Shown: positions 1 through 10,284, counted from the stretch's first letter. The stretch is DNA of 64,000 bases from Fidelibacterota bacterium MT.SAG.3 (GCA_004402895.1 SORT01000006.1:3995-67994), one strand, 5' to 3'. Notes: generated from the sequence alone by a model not told the origin. Numbers and translations: made by a program.

Positions 1-602
1 CTGGAAAAGTTTATATAAATAATATCAATATTCATGAAAAACCGCTGCTCGCTAAACCGATGTTCGGGTATGTCCCGGATAAACCATATCTATATGATAA
101 ATTGACTGCCGACGAACTTATGCATTTCATTGGAGGAATATACGGATTGACCAAAGAGAAGATCCGTTCAAACTCAGAATATCTCTTTGATTTTTTCGGA
201 ATAACGCCTTGGAGAACAAAACTTGCAGAAGAATATTCGCAGGGGATGAAACAGAAACTTCTGATAGCCGCCGCTTTTCTTCACGAGCCCGAAGTGTTTG
301 TGATCGATGAGCCGATGGTTGGGCTTGATCCGAAAAATATAAATAATCTTAAGCTGTTTTTGAGGGAAAAAGCCGATTCGGGTGTGACGATTTTTCTCTC
401 TACTCACAGTCTGCATGTGGCGGAAGAATTGTGTGACAGAATTGGTATTCTTAATGAAGGTGTGTTGATTGCTGAAGGTACATTAAATGAATTGCGAAGA
501 GATGCTAATAGTGACGGAATGAGTTTGGAAGAATTATTTCTAAAACTTACTGCCGAAGAAAAATTGAACGAATACGAATCCCCTATGAATCCAATCAGTT
601 GA
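1..602 (+). CDS. ABC transporter ATP-binding protein (5' end cut by window edge)
   Basis: Frame is open from nt 3 (GKVYINNINIHEKPLLAKP precedes the listed Met). Signature-like YSQGMKQK, Walker B VFVIDEP, H-loop LSTHS. TGA at 600-602. Confidence 0.85.
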   Translation, partial: GKVYINNINIHEKPLLAKPMFGYVPDKPYLYDKLTADELMHFIGGIYGLTKEKIRSNSEYLFDFFGITPWRTKLAEEYSQGMKQKLLIAAAFLHEPEVFVIDEPMVGLDPKNINNLKLFLREKADSGVTIFLSTHSLHVAEELCDRIGILNEGVLIAEGTLNELRRDANSDGMSLEELFLKLTAEEKLNEYESPMNPIS

Positions 603-2296
603 GAGAATTTCTTCATATTAAATTTATCAGTATGTTCCGGATTGGAAATGGATTGAAAGCCGGCGTAATCTTTATGGAAATTGCCACCACACTCGTATTC
701 GCTGCGTTTGCCTATGGAGCGTATTCCGCCATCAAGATCACCATTACTTTTATGTTAGAGAGTGTTCATCTTCCGGTGATATTTTTGCACAGTTTGCTTG
801 CGACAGGGTTATTTGCGCTGTTCGTGATGACGGCTGTCGGAAACTCAGTAACCGCTTTTTCAGCATTCTTCAGATCAGAGGAATTGGAATATCTATTTAC
901 TCTTCCATTGGATGCCAAGAAAATATTCATATTTAAGTTTGCCGAAAATTTTTTTAGAAGTTCTACGCCTATGTTCCTGCTTGGCGGTGCGGCGTTATTG
1001 GCATACGGAACATATTTTGATCTAAGCATTTTCGAATATTTGCTGATAATTATCGGGATAGTAATTCCCTTTATTTTTACGGCGGCTGGTTTAGGAACAC
1101 TGATTCTCTATCTGATTGTGCGAATCTCTATTTTATTCTCACCGAAATTGATAATCACTACTGCAATTTTACTTACGCTGATCGGATCAGGCTTATATTT
1201 TCAATCAGTGCATCCGGTTGATCAGGTTCAGGAGATTATAAAATATTATCCGAATTTTCAGGATCATCCCACTATTGCTCAAGCGAAAGTAGGAGAGGTC
1301 GCGTTTGTTCCGAGCACCTGGGTTGCAAGCGCATTATTCAGCATAGTAAACGGCAACATCGCCTCGGCTTTCAACAATATTGCAGTGTTGATTTTGTCTT
1401 GTATAGTATTGGTAGCAATTCTTTACAACGTGTCGGGTAGAGGATATTACAAACTCTGGCTAGATACTCAAGGAAAAGAATGGCTCATCAAGAAACAGAG
1501 TAATTCAACACAACCCACGTTTTTGATAAATCTAAAGTTGCCTTTCAGCAAAAGAGTTGAAGCATTTTTAAAACGCGATTTTTTGATGTTCGTCCGAGAT
1601 CCGAGCCAGTGGGGACATATGATCCTTTTTTTAGTACTCTTACTAATTTTTATCGCAAATATGAGTGGATTGACTCTTTATATTTCCGATCCGGTCAGAA
1701 TGACTCTTCTGTTTATCTCAAACTATATATTCGGAGGATTTTTTCTCGTTTCGTTGGCTGTCAGGTTTGTTTTTCCTCTTATGAGCCAGGAAGGTCAGGC
1801 ATTCTGGATGATAAAATCAGCGCCGTTATCTATGAGGTTTATGCTTAGCTACAAGGGCATAATTTCCTGTGTAATACTCCTCTCAATCGGATTACCTTTG
1901 TTGGGAATTACCTCTGATGCTTTAAGCACAAGTAAAAATCTCCAGATGATAACCCTTACGTTTACGATATTAGCCACTCTGATTACAACTCTGCTCTCTC
2001 TTGCTACAGGCGCCTGGTTTGCCAATTTGAAAGAAAAGAGCGCAATCAGGGCAGCTTCATCAAGGGGAGCGACAGTTGCATTTTTGGTCACAATGTTTTA
2101 TTTAGTAGGGGGAAGTGCACTATTATCGGTGATTTCATTAAATATTTTCAAGTTAACGATAGATGGTGAACCATACGAACCGAATAGCTCATTATTTTTA
2201 TTGGGTGTGTTCGGAATAATAAGTATAATTATAGCTGTATTGAGTGTTATTATCAGTAAGAAAGCCTTAGAGCGGGAGGAAGTCTATGCGAGATAG
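599..2296 (+). CDS. large polytopic membrane protein, probable permease partner of upstream ABC ATPase
   Basis: 565-aa ORF. TTG start overlaps the upstream stop (TTGA). Hydrophobic segments throughout. No specific family recognised. Confidence 0.55.
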   Translation: MREFLHIKFISMFRIGNGLKAGVIFMEIATTLVFAAFAYGAYSAIKITITFMLESVHLPVIFLHSLLATGLFALFVMTAVGNSVTAFSAFFRSEELEYLFTLPLDAKKIFIFKFAENFFRSSTPMFLLGGAALLAYGTYFDLSIFEYLLIIIGIVIPFIFTAAGLGTLILYLIVRISILFSPKLIITTAILLTLIGSGLYFQSVHPVDQVQEIIKYYPNFQDHPTIAQAKVGEVAFVPSTWVASALFSIVNGNIASAFNNIAVLILSCIVLVAILYNVSGRGYYKLWLDTQGKEWLIKKQSNSTQPTFLINLKLPFSKRVEAFLKRDFLMFVRDPSQWGHMILFLVLLLIFIANMSGLTLYISDPVRMTLLFISNYIFGGFFLVSLAVRFVFPLMSQEGQAFWMIKSAPLSMRFMLSYKGIISCVILLSIGLPLLGITSDALSTSKNLQMITLTFTILATLITTLLSLATGAWFANLKEKSAIRAASSRGATVAFLVTMFYLVGGSALLSVISLNIFKLTIDGEPYEPNSSLFLLGVFGIISIIIAVLSVIISKKALEREEVYAR

Positions 2297-3188
2297 CAGA
2301 AAAACAGGGAAAGAAATAATTCATTTTTCGACATTGTCGATAGTTCTGTTATTGCTGTTCAGCTCATGCAGTTCTACAACTCTTCTATTTGAAAATACTA
2401 TGGTCACATTCGACAAGGAACAATATGCAGTGTCAGATAAGTATATTTGTACTATTGAAGGTCAACTGATGAATTCAAAGGGTGAATATGTGGCCCAAAA
2501 GAGCATTGCGGCAGCATCGAATGATTATAAGAATTTAAGATCAACCATCAGTCAGACAGGGCTCGATGGTAAGTATTCGGTTCAGCTCTATTGGATCGAA
2601 CAACCTTTTATCTACGCCGATGTTTTCCCTAATCCAGCCCAAAGCAGTTTGACGAGCAGCGGATTCTCGTACTTAAAGAGTTCGAGAACCATAACACTTG
2701 ATGTGCCGGTTTACATTATAGATGAACAAGAACCGTCTATAAAAACTCCTATTACGATGTACAGTCTATCGTTCGCATTGCGAAGGATGGCAGAAGATGT
2801 AGTTAATAAAAGGCTTGTCAGATATTCCTTCACCGCTCAGGATTTTGAAACGGGGCTTACAATAAATGGAGCAACAATCACGCTCAGAGGAGAAGGTATT
2901 GTGCCTTCTCCCGACTCACTCCTGACCAGTTATATTATCAGCGATACTTTACGCTCACTGGCTATCCAAAATACCAATGAGTACGTTGTAACGGAACAAT
3001 CAGAAATTCTTGCGCCGGATAAAGACGCAAGGTTCAAGGTGCTGACCTTCAGCAATTACACTGTCAGATTTGAACATCCGCAATATCATACAGCGATAGA
3101 AACCCTTTATGTTGAAAGACCCGTTGAAAAGATATTTAGGGTAACGCAAGTGGGCGCGCTCAAGAAGTATGATTTTATCGATCAATAA
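2286..3188 (+). CDS. hypothetical lipoprotein
   Basis: Signal peptide ending LLLLFSSCSS (lipobox-like Cys). Overlaps the upstream gene by 11 nt. No recognisable domain. Confidence 0.5.
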   Translation: MRDSRKTGKEIIHFSTLSIVLLLLFSSCSSTTLLFENTMVTFDKEQYAVSDKYICTIEGQLMNSKGEYVAQKSIAAASNDYKNLRSTISQTGLDGKYSVQLYWIEQPFIYADVFPNPAQSSLTSSGFSYLKSSRTITLDVPVYIIDEQEPSIKTPITMYSLSFALRRMAEDVVNKRLVRYSFTAQDFETGLTINGATITLRGEGIVPSPDSLLTSYIISDTLRSLAIQNTNEYVVTEQSEILAPDKDARFKVLTFSNYTVRFEHPQYHTAIETLYVERPVEKIFRVTQVGALKKYDFIDQ

Positions 3189-3253
3189 TAATACTTATCC
3201 GTAAAGCCCAGGATCATGTGCAATATTTGAGCTCACCAATCCTCTATTAGTGC

Positions 3254-3282
3254 TTGACAAGAGATTTACTACATAATATATT
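3254..3282 (+). promoter_or_regulatory. sigma-70-like promoter upstream of rpsU
   Basis: TTGACA (3254-3259), 17-nt spacer, TATATT (3277-3282), about 45 nt before the rpsU ATG. Confidence 0.4.
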
Positions 3283-3324
3283 TATTCGCTGTAAAAGAAT
3301 TAAATAAAGAGGTCAGTATAAAAC

Positions 3325-3531
3325 ATGGTACAAGTTTTAGTACGAAAAGATGAACCACTTGAAAAAGCGCTTCGCAGATTCAAGAAGAAATATGAAAAAG
3401 CGGGAATACTCAAGGACGTTAAGAAAAACTCTTACTACGTGAAGCCCAGCCAACAAAAACGCATGAAAAGAGCAAAGGCTGAAAAACGAGCTCGTAAAAC
3501 TTCTTTCGGATTCAGCCGAACTTATAGATAA
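3325..3531 (+). CDS. rpsU: 30S ribosomal protein S21
   Basis: 68 aa. MVQVLVRKDEPLEKALRRFKKKYEKAGILKDVKK is the typical S21 sequence with a basic C-terminus. Confidence 0.9.
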   Translation: MVQVLVRKDEPLEKALRRFKKKYEKAGILKDVKKNSYYVKPSQQKRMKRAKAEKRARKTSFGFSRTYR

Positions 3532-3591
3532 AATTATTAAGGAGAACTTTTCTCCATTTCCAATATTGGGAATATATCATTTCAATACTTG

Positions 3592-3620
3592 ATCCAGGTT
3601 TGTGTCCTGGATTTTGTATT
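3592..3620 (+). terminator. rho-independent terminator after rpsU
   Basis: ATCCAGG-loop-CCTGGAT stem (3592-3612) followed by TTTTGTATTT. Confidence 0.6.
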
Positions 3621-3638
3621 TATTAGAGGATAACTAAT

Positions 3639-4997
3639 TTGTCACCACTTATTGCCACCCTGTCCGGAATCAGAGGAATTTACGGTGACGGATTGACTAC
3701 AGAAGTTATCAAGAATTATACACTCGCCTTCGGGTCTCTTCATGGTCCAAAGATCGTTATAGGAAGGGACACGAGGACTTCAGGACCCGAAATAGAGACG
3801 ATCGTTATCGATACTCTGCTATCGATAGGCTGCACACCGATTCACCTCGGATTAGCCACAACGCCGGCGACCCAATTAGCAGTTGAAAAATTAAATGCCG
3901 ATGGCGGGATAATAATTACGGCGAGCCATAATCCGGCTGAGTGGAACGCCCTTAAACTCGTCGCTTCGGATGGTTCATTTCTCACTGAATCCGGATTCAA
4001 AAAATTGCAAGATAAATTGGAATCAGGTGATTATGATCTCGTTGACAGCGGGTCTGTCGGAGAGAGTCAATCGTACGCTAAGGCAAACGAGGATCACATT
4101 GAATTGGTTTTAACTTTGTCGCATATAGATGTAGAAAAGATTAAGAAGAGGGCGTTTAAAGTTGTAGTCGATTGTGTCAACGGTGCCGCCTCTGAGGTTC
4201 TCCCCAATCTGCTCGAATCGCTCGGTTGTGAGGTTACTCAAATTCATTGTGAACCTGACGGTCTTTTCCCTCATACGCCTGAACCGCTTGAACAGAATCT
4301 TTTCGATCTGATCGGAAAAACAAAAGAAATAGAAGCAGATGCAGGATTCGCCGTTGATCCGGATGGAGACCGGTTAGCTATCGTATCAGATGGAGGTAAA
4401 TACCTCTCTGAGGAGTATACTCTCGTCATAGCGACCGATGTAGTTCTCTCGGGTCTGCCTGAAGGACAAACTGTAGTCACAAATCTTTCTACTACGCGGG
4501 CGATCGATGATATTGCCGGAAAACATGGCGCTGAGGTTATCAGAACGCGCGTGGGTGAAATAAATGTCGTTCAGGAGATGAAAAAAACGGGCGCCATAAT
4601 AGGTGGAGAGGGAAATGGCGGAGTGATTCTACCGGAAGCCCATTATGGAAGAGATGCGCTTGTTGCCGCCGCATCGGCGCTTCAATTTATGGCTGACTCG
4701 GAAGAGCCGTTGTCGGAATTATATTCAAAAATGCCTCAATACGTGATGCTTAAAAGGAAAGTTGAGATTGGGAATGTGCCGTCTGATTCGTTATTGAAGT
4801 CTATAGCTGAGCACTTTTCAGAATACGATGTAGACAGTCGTGATGGAGTGAAAATCAATAAACCGGAAGGATGGATTCACGTTCGCGTCTCCAACACTGA
4901 GCCTATCATACGGATTTACATCGAGGCAAAAACCGAAGAGTCGGCAGAATCTCTTTGGAAAGAAGTGACTGAAATTCCCGGACTTTTGCTTGAGTAA
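3639..4997 (+). CDS. alpha-D-phosphohexomutase family protein (phosphoglucosamine/phosphomanno/phosphoglucomutase type)
   Basis: Active-site Ser loop TASHNPAEWNALK and Mg loop FAVDPDGDRL. TTG start preceded by AGAGGA. Confidence 0.85.
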   Translation: MSPLIATLSGIRGIYGDGLTTEVIKNYTLAFGSLHGPKIVIGRDTRTSGPEIETIVIDTLLSIGCTPIHLGLATTPATQLAVEKLNADGGIIITASHNPAEWNALKLVASDGSFLTESGFKKLQDKLESGDYDLVDSGSVGESQSYAKANEDHIELVLTLSHIDVEKIKKRAFKVVVDCVNGAASEVLPNLLESLGCEVTQIHCEPDGLFPHTPEPLEQNLFDLIGKTKEIEADAGFAVDPDGDRLAIVSDGGKYLSEEYTLVIATDVVLSGLPEGQTVVTNLSTTRAIDDIAGKHGAEVIRTRVGEINVVQEMKKTGAIIGGEGNGGVILPEAHYGRDALVAAASALQFMADSEEPLSELYSKMPQYVMLKRKVEIGNVPSDSLLKSIAEHFSEYDVDSRDGVKINKPEGWIHVRVSNTEPIIRIYIEAKTEESAESLWKEVTEIPGLLLE

Positions 4998-5231
4998 ATC
5001 TGAAACCATTTGCCAAAGGCATCCCTGGGGAAAAACGGTTTTATTCATGAATCAACCAGTCCTCCGCTCAGAACGGTTTCCCCTCTTGAGAGGAGAAGAT
5101 CCTTCAGAACTTCGTCCGCCAACTGACAGGCAATGATGCGAATATCGGGTTATTTGATTTATTGGCGAAACCAAAAACATCTTATTATGGTTATAACCAT
5201 AATAAGTGTGTAAAAATACCATCTAAAAGTG

Positions 5232-5260
5232 TTGACAGATGGAATTTCCACTTGTAGATT
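5232..5260 (+). promoter_or_regulatory. sigma-70-like promoter upstream of efp operon
   Basis: TTGACA (5232-5237), 17 nt, TAGATT (5255-5260). Confidence 0.45.
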
Positions 5261-5316
5261 ACCAACTTCCGTAACTATGCGTAAACGAATTAGAAAGATA
5301 GAGAGAATATAAATAG

Positions 5317-5877
5317 ATGGCATCAACTTCAGATATTAGAAATGGGTTCACATTCCTTCTTAACAACGAGATTTTTAAGATAGTGGAATTCCTTCATGTT
5401 AAGCCTGGTAAGGGCGCAGCGTTTGTCAGGACTAAGATGAAGGGTATTAAATCGGGCAAGGTAATAGATAAGACTTTTCGGGCGGGAGAGAAGATGGAAG
5501 AAGTTCGTCTTGACGCCAAAAAAATGCAATATCTATACTCGGACGATTCCTCATACCATTTCATGGATACAGTGACATTTGATCAAATATCCCTATCAAA
5601 TGAGATATTAAGCGATGTTAGCAATTATCTCAAAGAGAGCATGGAGATAAAAATTTTGTTTCATGGAAAGGAACCTGTTGAGATTGAAATCCCACCCTTT
5701 ATAACGGCAAAAATAGTCGAAACGGATCCCGGTGTCAAAGGGGACACCGCTCAAGGCGGAACCAAACCGGCGAAACTTGAAACGGGTCTGACTGTTAACG
5801 TGCCTCTCTTCGTGCAGCAGGGTGAATCTGTCAAGATCGATACCCGTAGCGGCGAATATGTCGAGCGTGTCAAATAG
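5317..5877 (+). CDS. efp: elongation factor P
   Basis: 186 aa. DIRNGFTF...VKPGKGAAFVRTKMKGIKSGKV is the canonical EF-P N-terminal domain with the PGKG loop. Confidence 0.95.
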   Translation: MASTSDIRNGFTFLLNNEIFKIVEFLHVKPGKGAAFVRTKMKGIKSGKVIDKTFRAGEKMEEVRLDAKKMQYLYSDDSSYHFMDTVTFDQISLSNEILSDVSNYLKESMEIKILFHGKEPVEIEIPPFITAKIVETDPGVKGDTAQGGTKPAKLETGLTVNVPLFVQQGESVKIDTRSGEYVERVK

Positions 5878-5906
5878 TAAGTTCAAGCTACCTTTCGGAG
5901 ATATAA

Positions 5907-6374
5907 ATGAACGAAGATAAGATCAAACAACTCATAAAAATACTCGAAGAATCCGATATCGGTGAAATTGAACTGAGCAGCTGGGGGAGAAAAATACGTG
6001 TATCAAAGGGCGGCTTGAATAGTAATGGGGTCGCGGACAGCAATGTGGTAAGGGTTGTTTCTGAAAATAAAGGTTCAACTTCCCCTGATGTCGAAGCGGA
6101 CAGAACTTCTGCCGAGCAACCTGTTGATGATAATCACATTGAAATAAAATCTCCGATGGTCGGTACATATTATGCGGCTTCCGATCCGAATGCCGAGCCA
6201 TTCATAAAAGTCGGGGACAGGGTAAAAGAAGGCGATGTTTTGTGTATCGTGGAAGCGATGAAACTCATGAACGAGATCGAGTCTGAGTATTCAGGCGTAA
6301 TAGTTAAAATTCTCATAGAAAACTCCAAACCGGTACAATATAACGAGCCGCTCTTCCTTATAGACGTCGGATAA
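5907..6374 (+). CDS. accB: acetyl-CoA carboxylase biotin carboxyl carrier protein
   Basis: Biotinyl-Lys motif [13 protein letters not shown] in the C-terminal lipoyl-like domain. Follows efp, as in many bacteria. Confidence 0.9.
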   Translation: MNEDKIKQLIKILEESDIGEIELSSWGRKIRVSKGGLNSNGVADSNVVRVVSENKGSTSPDVEADRTSAEQPVDDNHIEIKSPMVGTYYAASDPNAEPFIKVGDRVKEGDVLCIVEAMKLMNEIESEYSGVIVKILIENSKPVQYNEPLFLIDVG

Positions 6375-6384
6375 CGCTCTAAGA

Positions 6385-7818
6385 ATGTTCAAAAAAATAC
6401 TGATAGCCAATCGAGGAGAAATAGCTCTTCGCATTATCCGTGCGTGCCATGAGCTCGGAATACAAACAGTAGCGGTTTACTCCGAGGCGGACGAAGATTC
6501 ACTGCATGTAAAATTTTCTGATGAGGCGATCTGTATCGGTCCTCCGCCGAGTTTAGAGAGTTATCTTTTGATCCCTCAAATTCTCGCTTCTGCGGAGATA
6601 ACCGATTCTGACGCTATTCATCCCGGATATGGATTTTTATCTGAAAACGCCAATTTCGCTGATTGTGTTGCCGAATCGAATATCACATTTATCGGACCTC
6701 CCGGCAAAGTAATTTCGGAAATGGGCGACAAAGCACTCGCAAAAGAGAAAATGAAAAAAGCAGGCGTACCTGTCATACCGGGAAGTAAAGGGATTATCGA
6801 TTCACCCGAGGAAGCAAAAAAAATAGCGAAAGATATCGGTTACCCCGTGATTCTCAAGGCGACAGCCGGAGGCGGTGGCAAGGGGATGCGGATCGTCAGG
6901 AACGAAGAGGAAATAGAGAAGGCGTTTTCAACGGCTTCATCGGAAGCGAAAGCATCATTCAACAACGGTTCTCTGTACATGGAAAAATTTATCGAGAAAC
7001 CGAGACATATAGAGATACAAATTTTAGCTGATACGCATGGAAATATGATCCACCTCGGCGAACGGGAATGTTCTATTCAACGCCGGCATCAAAAGCTTAT
7101 AGAGGAATCGCCCTCTCCCGCCGTCTCTCCGGAATTGCGAAAGCGGATGGGCGATGCCGCCATCAGTGGCGCGCGTGAAGCGAATTACGTCAACGCCGGG
7201 ACAATTGAATTTCTACTCGACAAAGACGGAAAATTTTATTTTATGGAAATGAACACCCGCATACAAGTCGAGCATCCCGTAACCGAGATGGTTTATGGAG
7301 TTGATCTGTTAAAGGAACAGATACGGATCGCTGCCGGGGAGCCGATCAGCGATGAGGTTTTGAATGCGGAACCGCAATGGCACGCGATCGAGTGCAGAAT
7401 AAATGCCGAAGACCCCGAACACGATTTCATGCCGTCACCCTCTCTTATCACCGCATTCCATGTTCCGGGCGGAGTGGGTATCCGCGTCGACACGCATGTA
7501 TACGCAGGATACGAGATCCCGCAGTATTACGATTCGCTTCTTGCGAAAATGATCTCATGGGGACGAACACGCGAGGAAGCGATTGGGAGGATGAAGAGAG
7601 GCATCGAGGAATGCGTTATCGAGGGACCTAAAACAACACTTCCGTTTCATCTACAGGTGTTGAAGCATGAAAAATTCGCAAGCGGGGACTATGACACAAG
7701 CTTTTTAGATACATTTGAATTTGACCCAACTCTCAAGTCGCGGTCTGATTACGGCAGAAGAATTGGGCTGCAACCGGCAGAAACTGAGAAGGAGAAGATC
7801 GATGAGCCTACCGGCTGA
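6385..7818 (+). CDS. accC: acetyl-CoA carboxylase biotin carboxylase subunit
   Basis: [24 protein letters not shown]-grasp [24 protein letters not shown]. About 30-aa C-terminal extension overlaps the gcvH start. Confidence 0.95.
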   Translation: MFKKILIANRGEIALRIIRACHELGIQTVAVYSEADEDSLHVKFSDEAICIGPPPSLESYLLIPQILASAEITDSDAIHPGYGFLSENANFADCVAESNITFIGPPGKVISEMGDKALAKEKMKKAGVPVIPGSKGIIDSPEEAKKIAKDIGYPVILKATAGGGGKGMRIVRNEEEIEKAFSTASSEAKASFNNGSLYMEKFIEKPRHIEIQILADTHGNMIHLGERECSIQRRHQKLIEESPSPAVSPELRKRMGDAAISGAREANYVNAGTIEFLLDKDGKFYFMEMNTRIQVEHPVTEMVYGVDLLKEQIRIAAGEPISDEVLNAEPQWHAIECRINAEDPEHDFMPSPSLITAFHVPGGVGIRVDTHVYAGYEIPQYYDSLLAKMISWGRTREEAIGRMKRGIEECVIEGPKTTLPFHLQVLKHEKFASGDYDTSFLDTFEFDPTLKSRSDYGRRIGLQPAETEKEKIDEPTG

Positions 7819-8179
7819 CTTGAAATATACAAAGGAACATGAGTGGACAAGAATAGAGGGGAATATTGCTACTATTGGAGTTACGGATTTTGCCCAATCT
7901 GAGTTAGGTGACATCGCCTGGCTCGAAATGCCGGAAGTTGGCGATGAAACCAAGATAGGCGAGACGTTCGGTACCATCGAAGCCGTAAAAACAGTCGAGG
8001 ATCTTTACGCTCCGATCTCCGGTAAGATCATCGAGATAAATTCCGAGCTTCTTGATTCGCCTGAATTGGTAAATGATGATCCTTACGGCAGGGGATGGAT
8101 AGTCAAACTTGAAATCTCCAATGAGGCGGAAATTGCCAAACTACTTTCAGCCGATGATTATGCAGGATTGATTGAATGA
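7802..8179 (+). CDS. gcvH: glycine cleavage system H protein
   Basis: ATG at 7802 gives [17 protein letters not shown]. Lipoyl-Lys motif IEAVKTV. The longer ORF from 7715 lies inside accC and is rejected. Confidence 0.9.
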   Translation: MSLPADLKYTKEHEWTRIEGNIATIGVTDFAQSELGDIAWLEMPEVGDETKIGETFGTIEAVKTVEDLYAPISGKIIEINSELLDSPELVNDDPYGRGWIVKLEISNEAEIAKLLSADDYAGLIE

Positions 8180-9534
8180 CATTGGAAGAATCATTTCATC
8201 TAATTCCTAATACTGATGAGGAGAGGAAAGAGATGCTCAGCGCTATCGGCGTTGAGAATTTCGAGGAGTTACTTTCCAATGTACCGGCGGAATTTCTTGA
8301 AGTCGATTTTGAAGAGATAGGCAAAGGTCTTTCAGAATATGAAGTAATGAAACTCCTCTCTGATCTAGCAAATCAGAATGTTCATACCGGCGAAGCGATT
8401 TCGTTTTTAGGGGGAGGCTCCTACGATCATTTTATTCCGAGTATCATCGGAGAGATAATCAGCCGTTCCGAATATCTCACGGCTTACACGCCTTATCAAC
8501 CTGAAGTCGCGCAGGGAACGCTTCAGGCGATTTTTGAATATCAGTCAATGATATGTGCATTGACGGGGATGGACGTTGCAAACGCATCAATGTATGACGG
8601 TGCATCGGCGCTCGCCGAAGCCGGACTGCTTGCCGTCAATCAGAAGAAACGAAATAAGCTTGTCATCGCATCTACCGTGAATCCAACTCATAGGGCTGTT
8701 GTCAAAACGTATCTTCAAGGGGCAGATGTCGAGCTCGTCACAGTACCGCAGATCGACGGCGTAACCGATCTGAAAACCCTTTCCGATCTGGTTGATTCAG
8801 ACACCGCCGGACTGTTGCTGCAAACACCCAATTTCTTCGGCTGCATAGAAGATGCCGACGAAATGGCAAAGATAGCGCATGATAACGATGCTCTCTTTAT
8901 TGTCAGCGCCGATCCGATATCACTCGGAATACTTAAAAAACCAGGAGAAAGCGGTGCTGATATAGTAGTAGGCGAGGGACAATCTCTCGGGTCGCCGACA
9001 CAATTCGGCGGACCGTATCTCGGTATATTCGCCGCAAAAATGGAACTTGTACGGCGTATGCCGGGCAGAATCGCGGGACAGACATGGGATGTGGACGGCA
9101 AGAGGGGTTTTGTGCTGACACTGCAGACAAGGGAACAGCATATCAGGCGCGAGCGCGCAACATCCAACATCTGCACGAATCAAGGTATCGTAATGCTTTC
9201 AGCCGCTATCTACATGGCGTTGATGGGTAAAGAGGGGATAAGCAGCGTTGCGGAGTTGAGCACACGCAAAAGTCACTATCTAGCCGAAAAGATAAACGAC
9301 TTAAAGGGATACGAGCTGATGTTCAGCGCTCCCTTCTTCAAAGAATTTGTCGTCAAAACTCCTGTTACCCCTTCAAAGCTGATCAAATCTCTTTTAGATG
9401 AAAAGATCTTCGCCGGTATCGATCTCTCCTCCTATGATTACGGATTGGAAAACTGTATGCTGGTCTGTGTCACGGAGAAACGTACCAAAGAAGAGATGGA
9501 CAAATTTGTAGATTCACTAAGCAAGGTGAGCTGA
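8176..9534 (+). CDS. gcvPA: glycine dehydrogenase (aminomethyl-transferring) subunit 1
   Basis: 452 aa. YTPYQPEVAQGTLQAIFEYQ and RATSNICTNQ motifs are typical of GcvPA. ATGA overlap with gcvH. Confidence 0.9.
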   Translation: MTLEESFHLIPNTDEERKEMLSAIGVENFEELLSNVPAEFLEVDFEEIGKGLSEYEVMKLLSDLANQNVHTGEAISFLGGGSYDHFIPSIIGEIISRSEYLTAYTPYQPEVAQGTLQAIFEYQSMICALTGMDVANASMYDGASALAEAGLLAVNQKKRNKLVIASTVNPTHRAVVKTYLQGADVELVTVPQIDGVTDLKTLSDLVDSDTAGLLLQTPNFFGCIEDADEMAKIAHDNDALFIVSADPISLGILKKPGESGADIVVGEGQSLGSPTQFGGPYLGIFAAKMELVRRMPGRIAGQTWDVDGKRGFVLTLQTREQHIRRERATSNICTNQGIVMLSAAIYMALMGKEGISSVAELSTRKSHYLAEKINDLKGYELMFSAPFFKEFVVKTPVTPSKLIKSLLDEKIFAGIDLSSYDYGLENCMLVCVTEKRTKEEMDKFVDSLSKVS

Positions 9535-9537
9535 AAA

Positions 9538-10284
9538 TTGCCGGTTTGGGAAACTCTTCTTGAAGTAGTAAAAACAAAGGGAACAGCTTATCTGATCTTG
9601 ATCGATCCTGACAGCGTCCCTAACGGAAAATTACCTGAATTTGCCAAGTCGATTTCCGAAGCGGGAGCGGACGGAATTCTCGTCGGTGGAAGTCTTATAA
9701 ACCATGCAGATTTTGAATCGGCAGTCGCTGCGCTGAAAGAATCTTCCAAACTTCCTGTTATAATCTTCCCCGGTTCCGCTGAACAAATCTCCGACAAGGC
9801 AGATATGCTTCTGTATTTGTCCCTTCTCAGTGGGCGAAACGCAGATAAGATAATAGGAGAGCAAGTAAAATCGGCAATGCGGATAAAACGGTCAAAAATC
9901 GAAGCCATCGCAACGGCATATCTGCTTATAGAATCCGGCAGCATCAGTTCAGCGCAGTTTATGAGCGGCACGCTTCCCATTCCGAGAGACAAGGAAGATA
10001 TAGCAGTCGCGCACTCCGTGGCTGCGGAACTGATGGGCATGAAAGCGATCTATCTTGAGGCGGGTAGCGGAGCGAAGATGCCCGTACCGCTGAAAACTGT
10101 TTCCGCGGTTTGTAATGAAGTCGGTCTGCCCGTTTTAGTTGGCGGGGGAATACACACGCCCGAATCCGCCGAACTGAGAGCCAGAGCGGGCGCATCTTTT
10201 ATTGTTACCGGCACGGTGCATGAAGAGGAGATGGACACAGCACTTATAAGCGAATTCGCCAAAGCGGTGCACTGGAAAGAGTGA
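9538..10284 (+). CDS. geranylgeranylglyceryl/heptaprenylglyceryl phosphate synthase family protein (PcrB/GGGPS homologue)
   Basis: LILIDPD, GADGILVGGS, PVIIFPGS, SLLSGRNADKIIG, YLEAGSGA, VGGGIHTPE...FIVTGT match the GGGPS/PcrB TIM-barrel signature. TTG start 3 nt after the gcvPA stop. Confidence 0.8.
   Translation: MPVWETLLEVVKTKGTAYLILIDPDSVPNGKLPEFAKSISEAGADGILVGGSLINHADFESAVAALKESSKLPVIIFPGSAEQISDKADMLLYLSLLSGRNADKIIGEQVKSAMRIKRSKIEAIATAYLLIESGSISSAQFMSGTLPIPRDKEDIAVAHSVAAELMGMKAIYLEAGSGAKMPVPLKTVSAVCNEVGLPVLVGGGIHTPESAELRARAGASFIVTGTVHEEEMDTALISEFAKAVHWKE

Noticed and set aside
7715-7801. Long N-terminal extensions of gcvH (from 7715), grpE (from 43607) and bamD (from 38884) as given in the ORF track.
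   Set aside because: The extensions overlap the preceding gene's coding region and have no family similarity. Internal ATGs at 7802, 43652 and 38905 give canonical N-termini.
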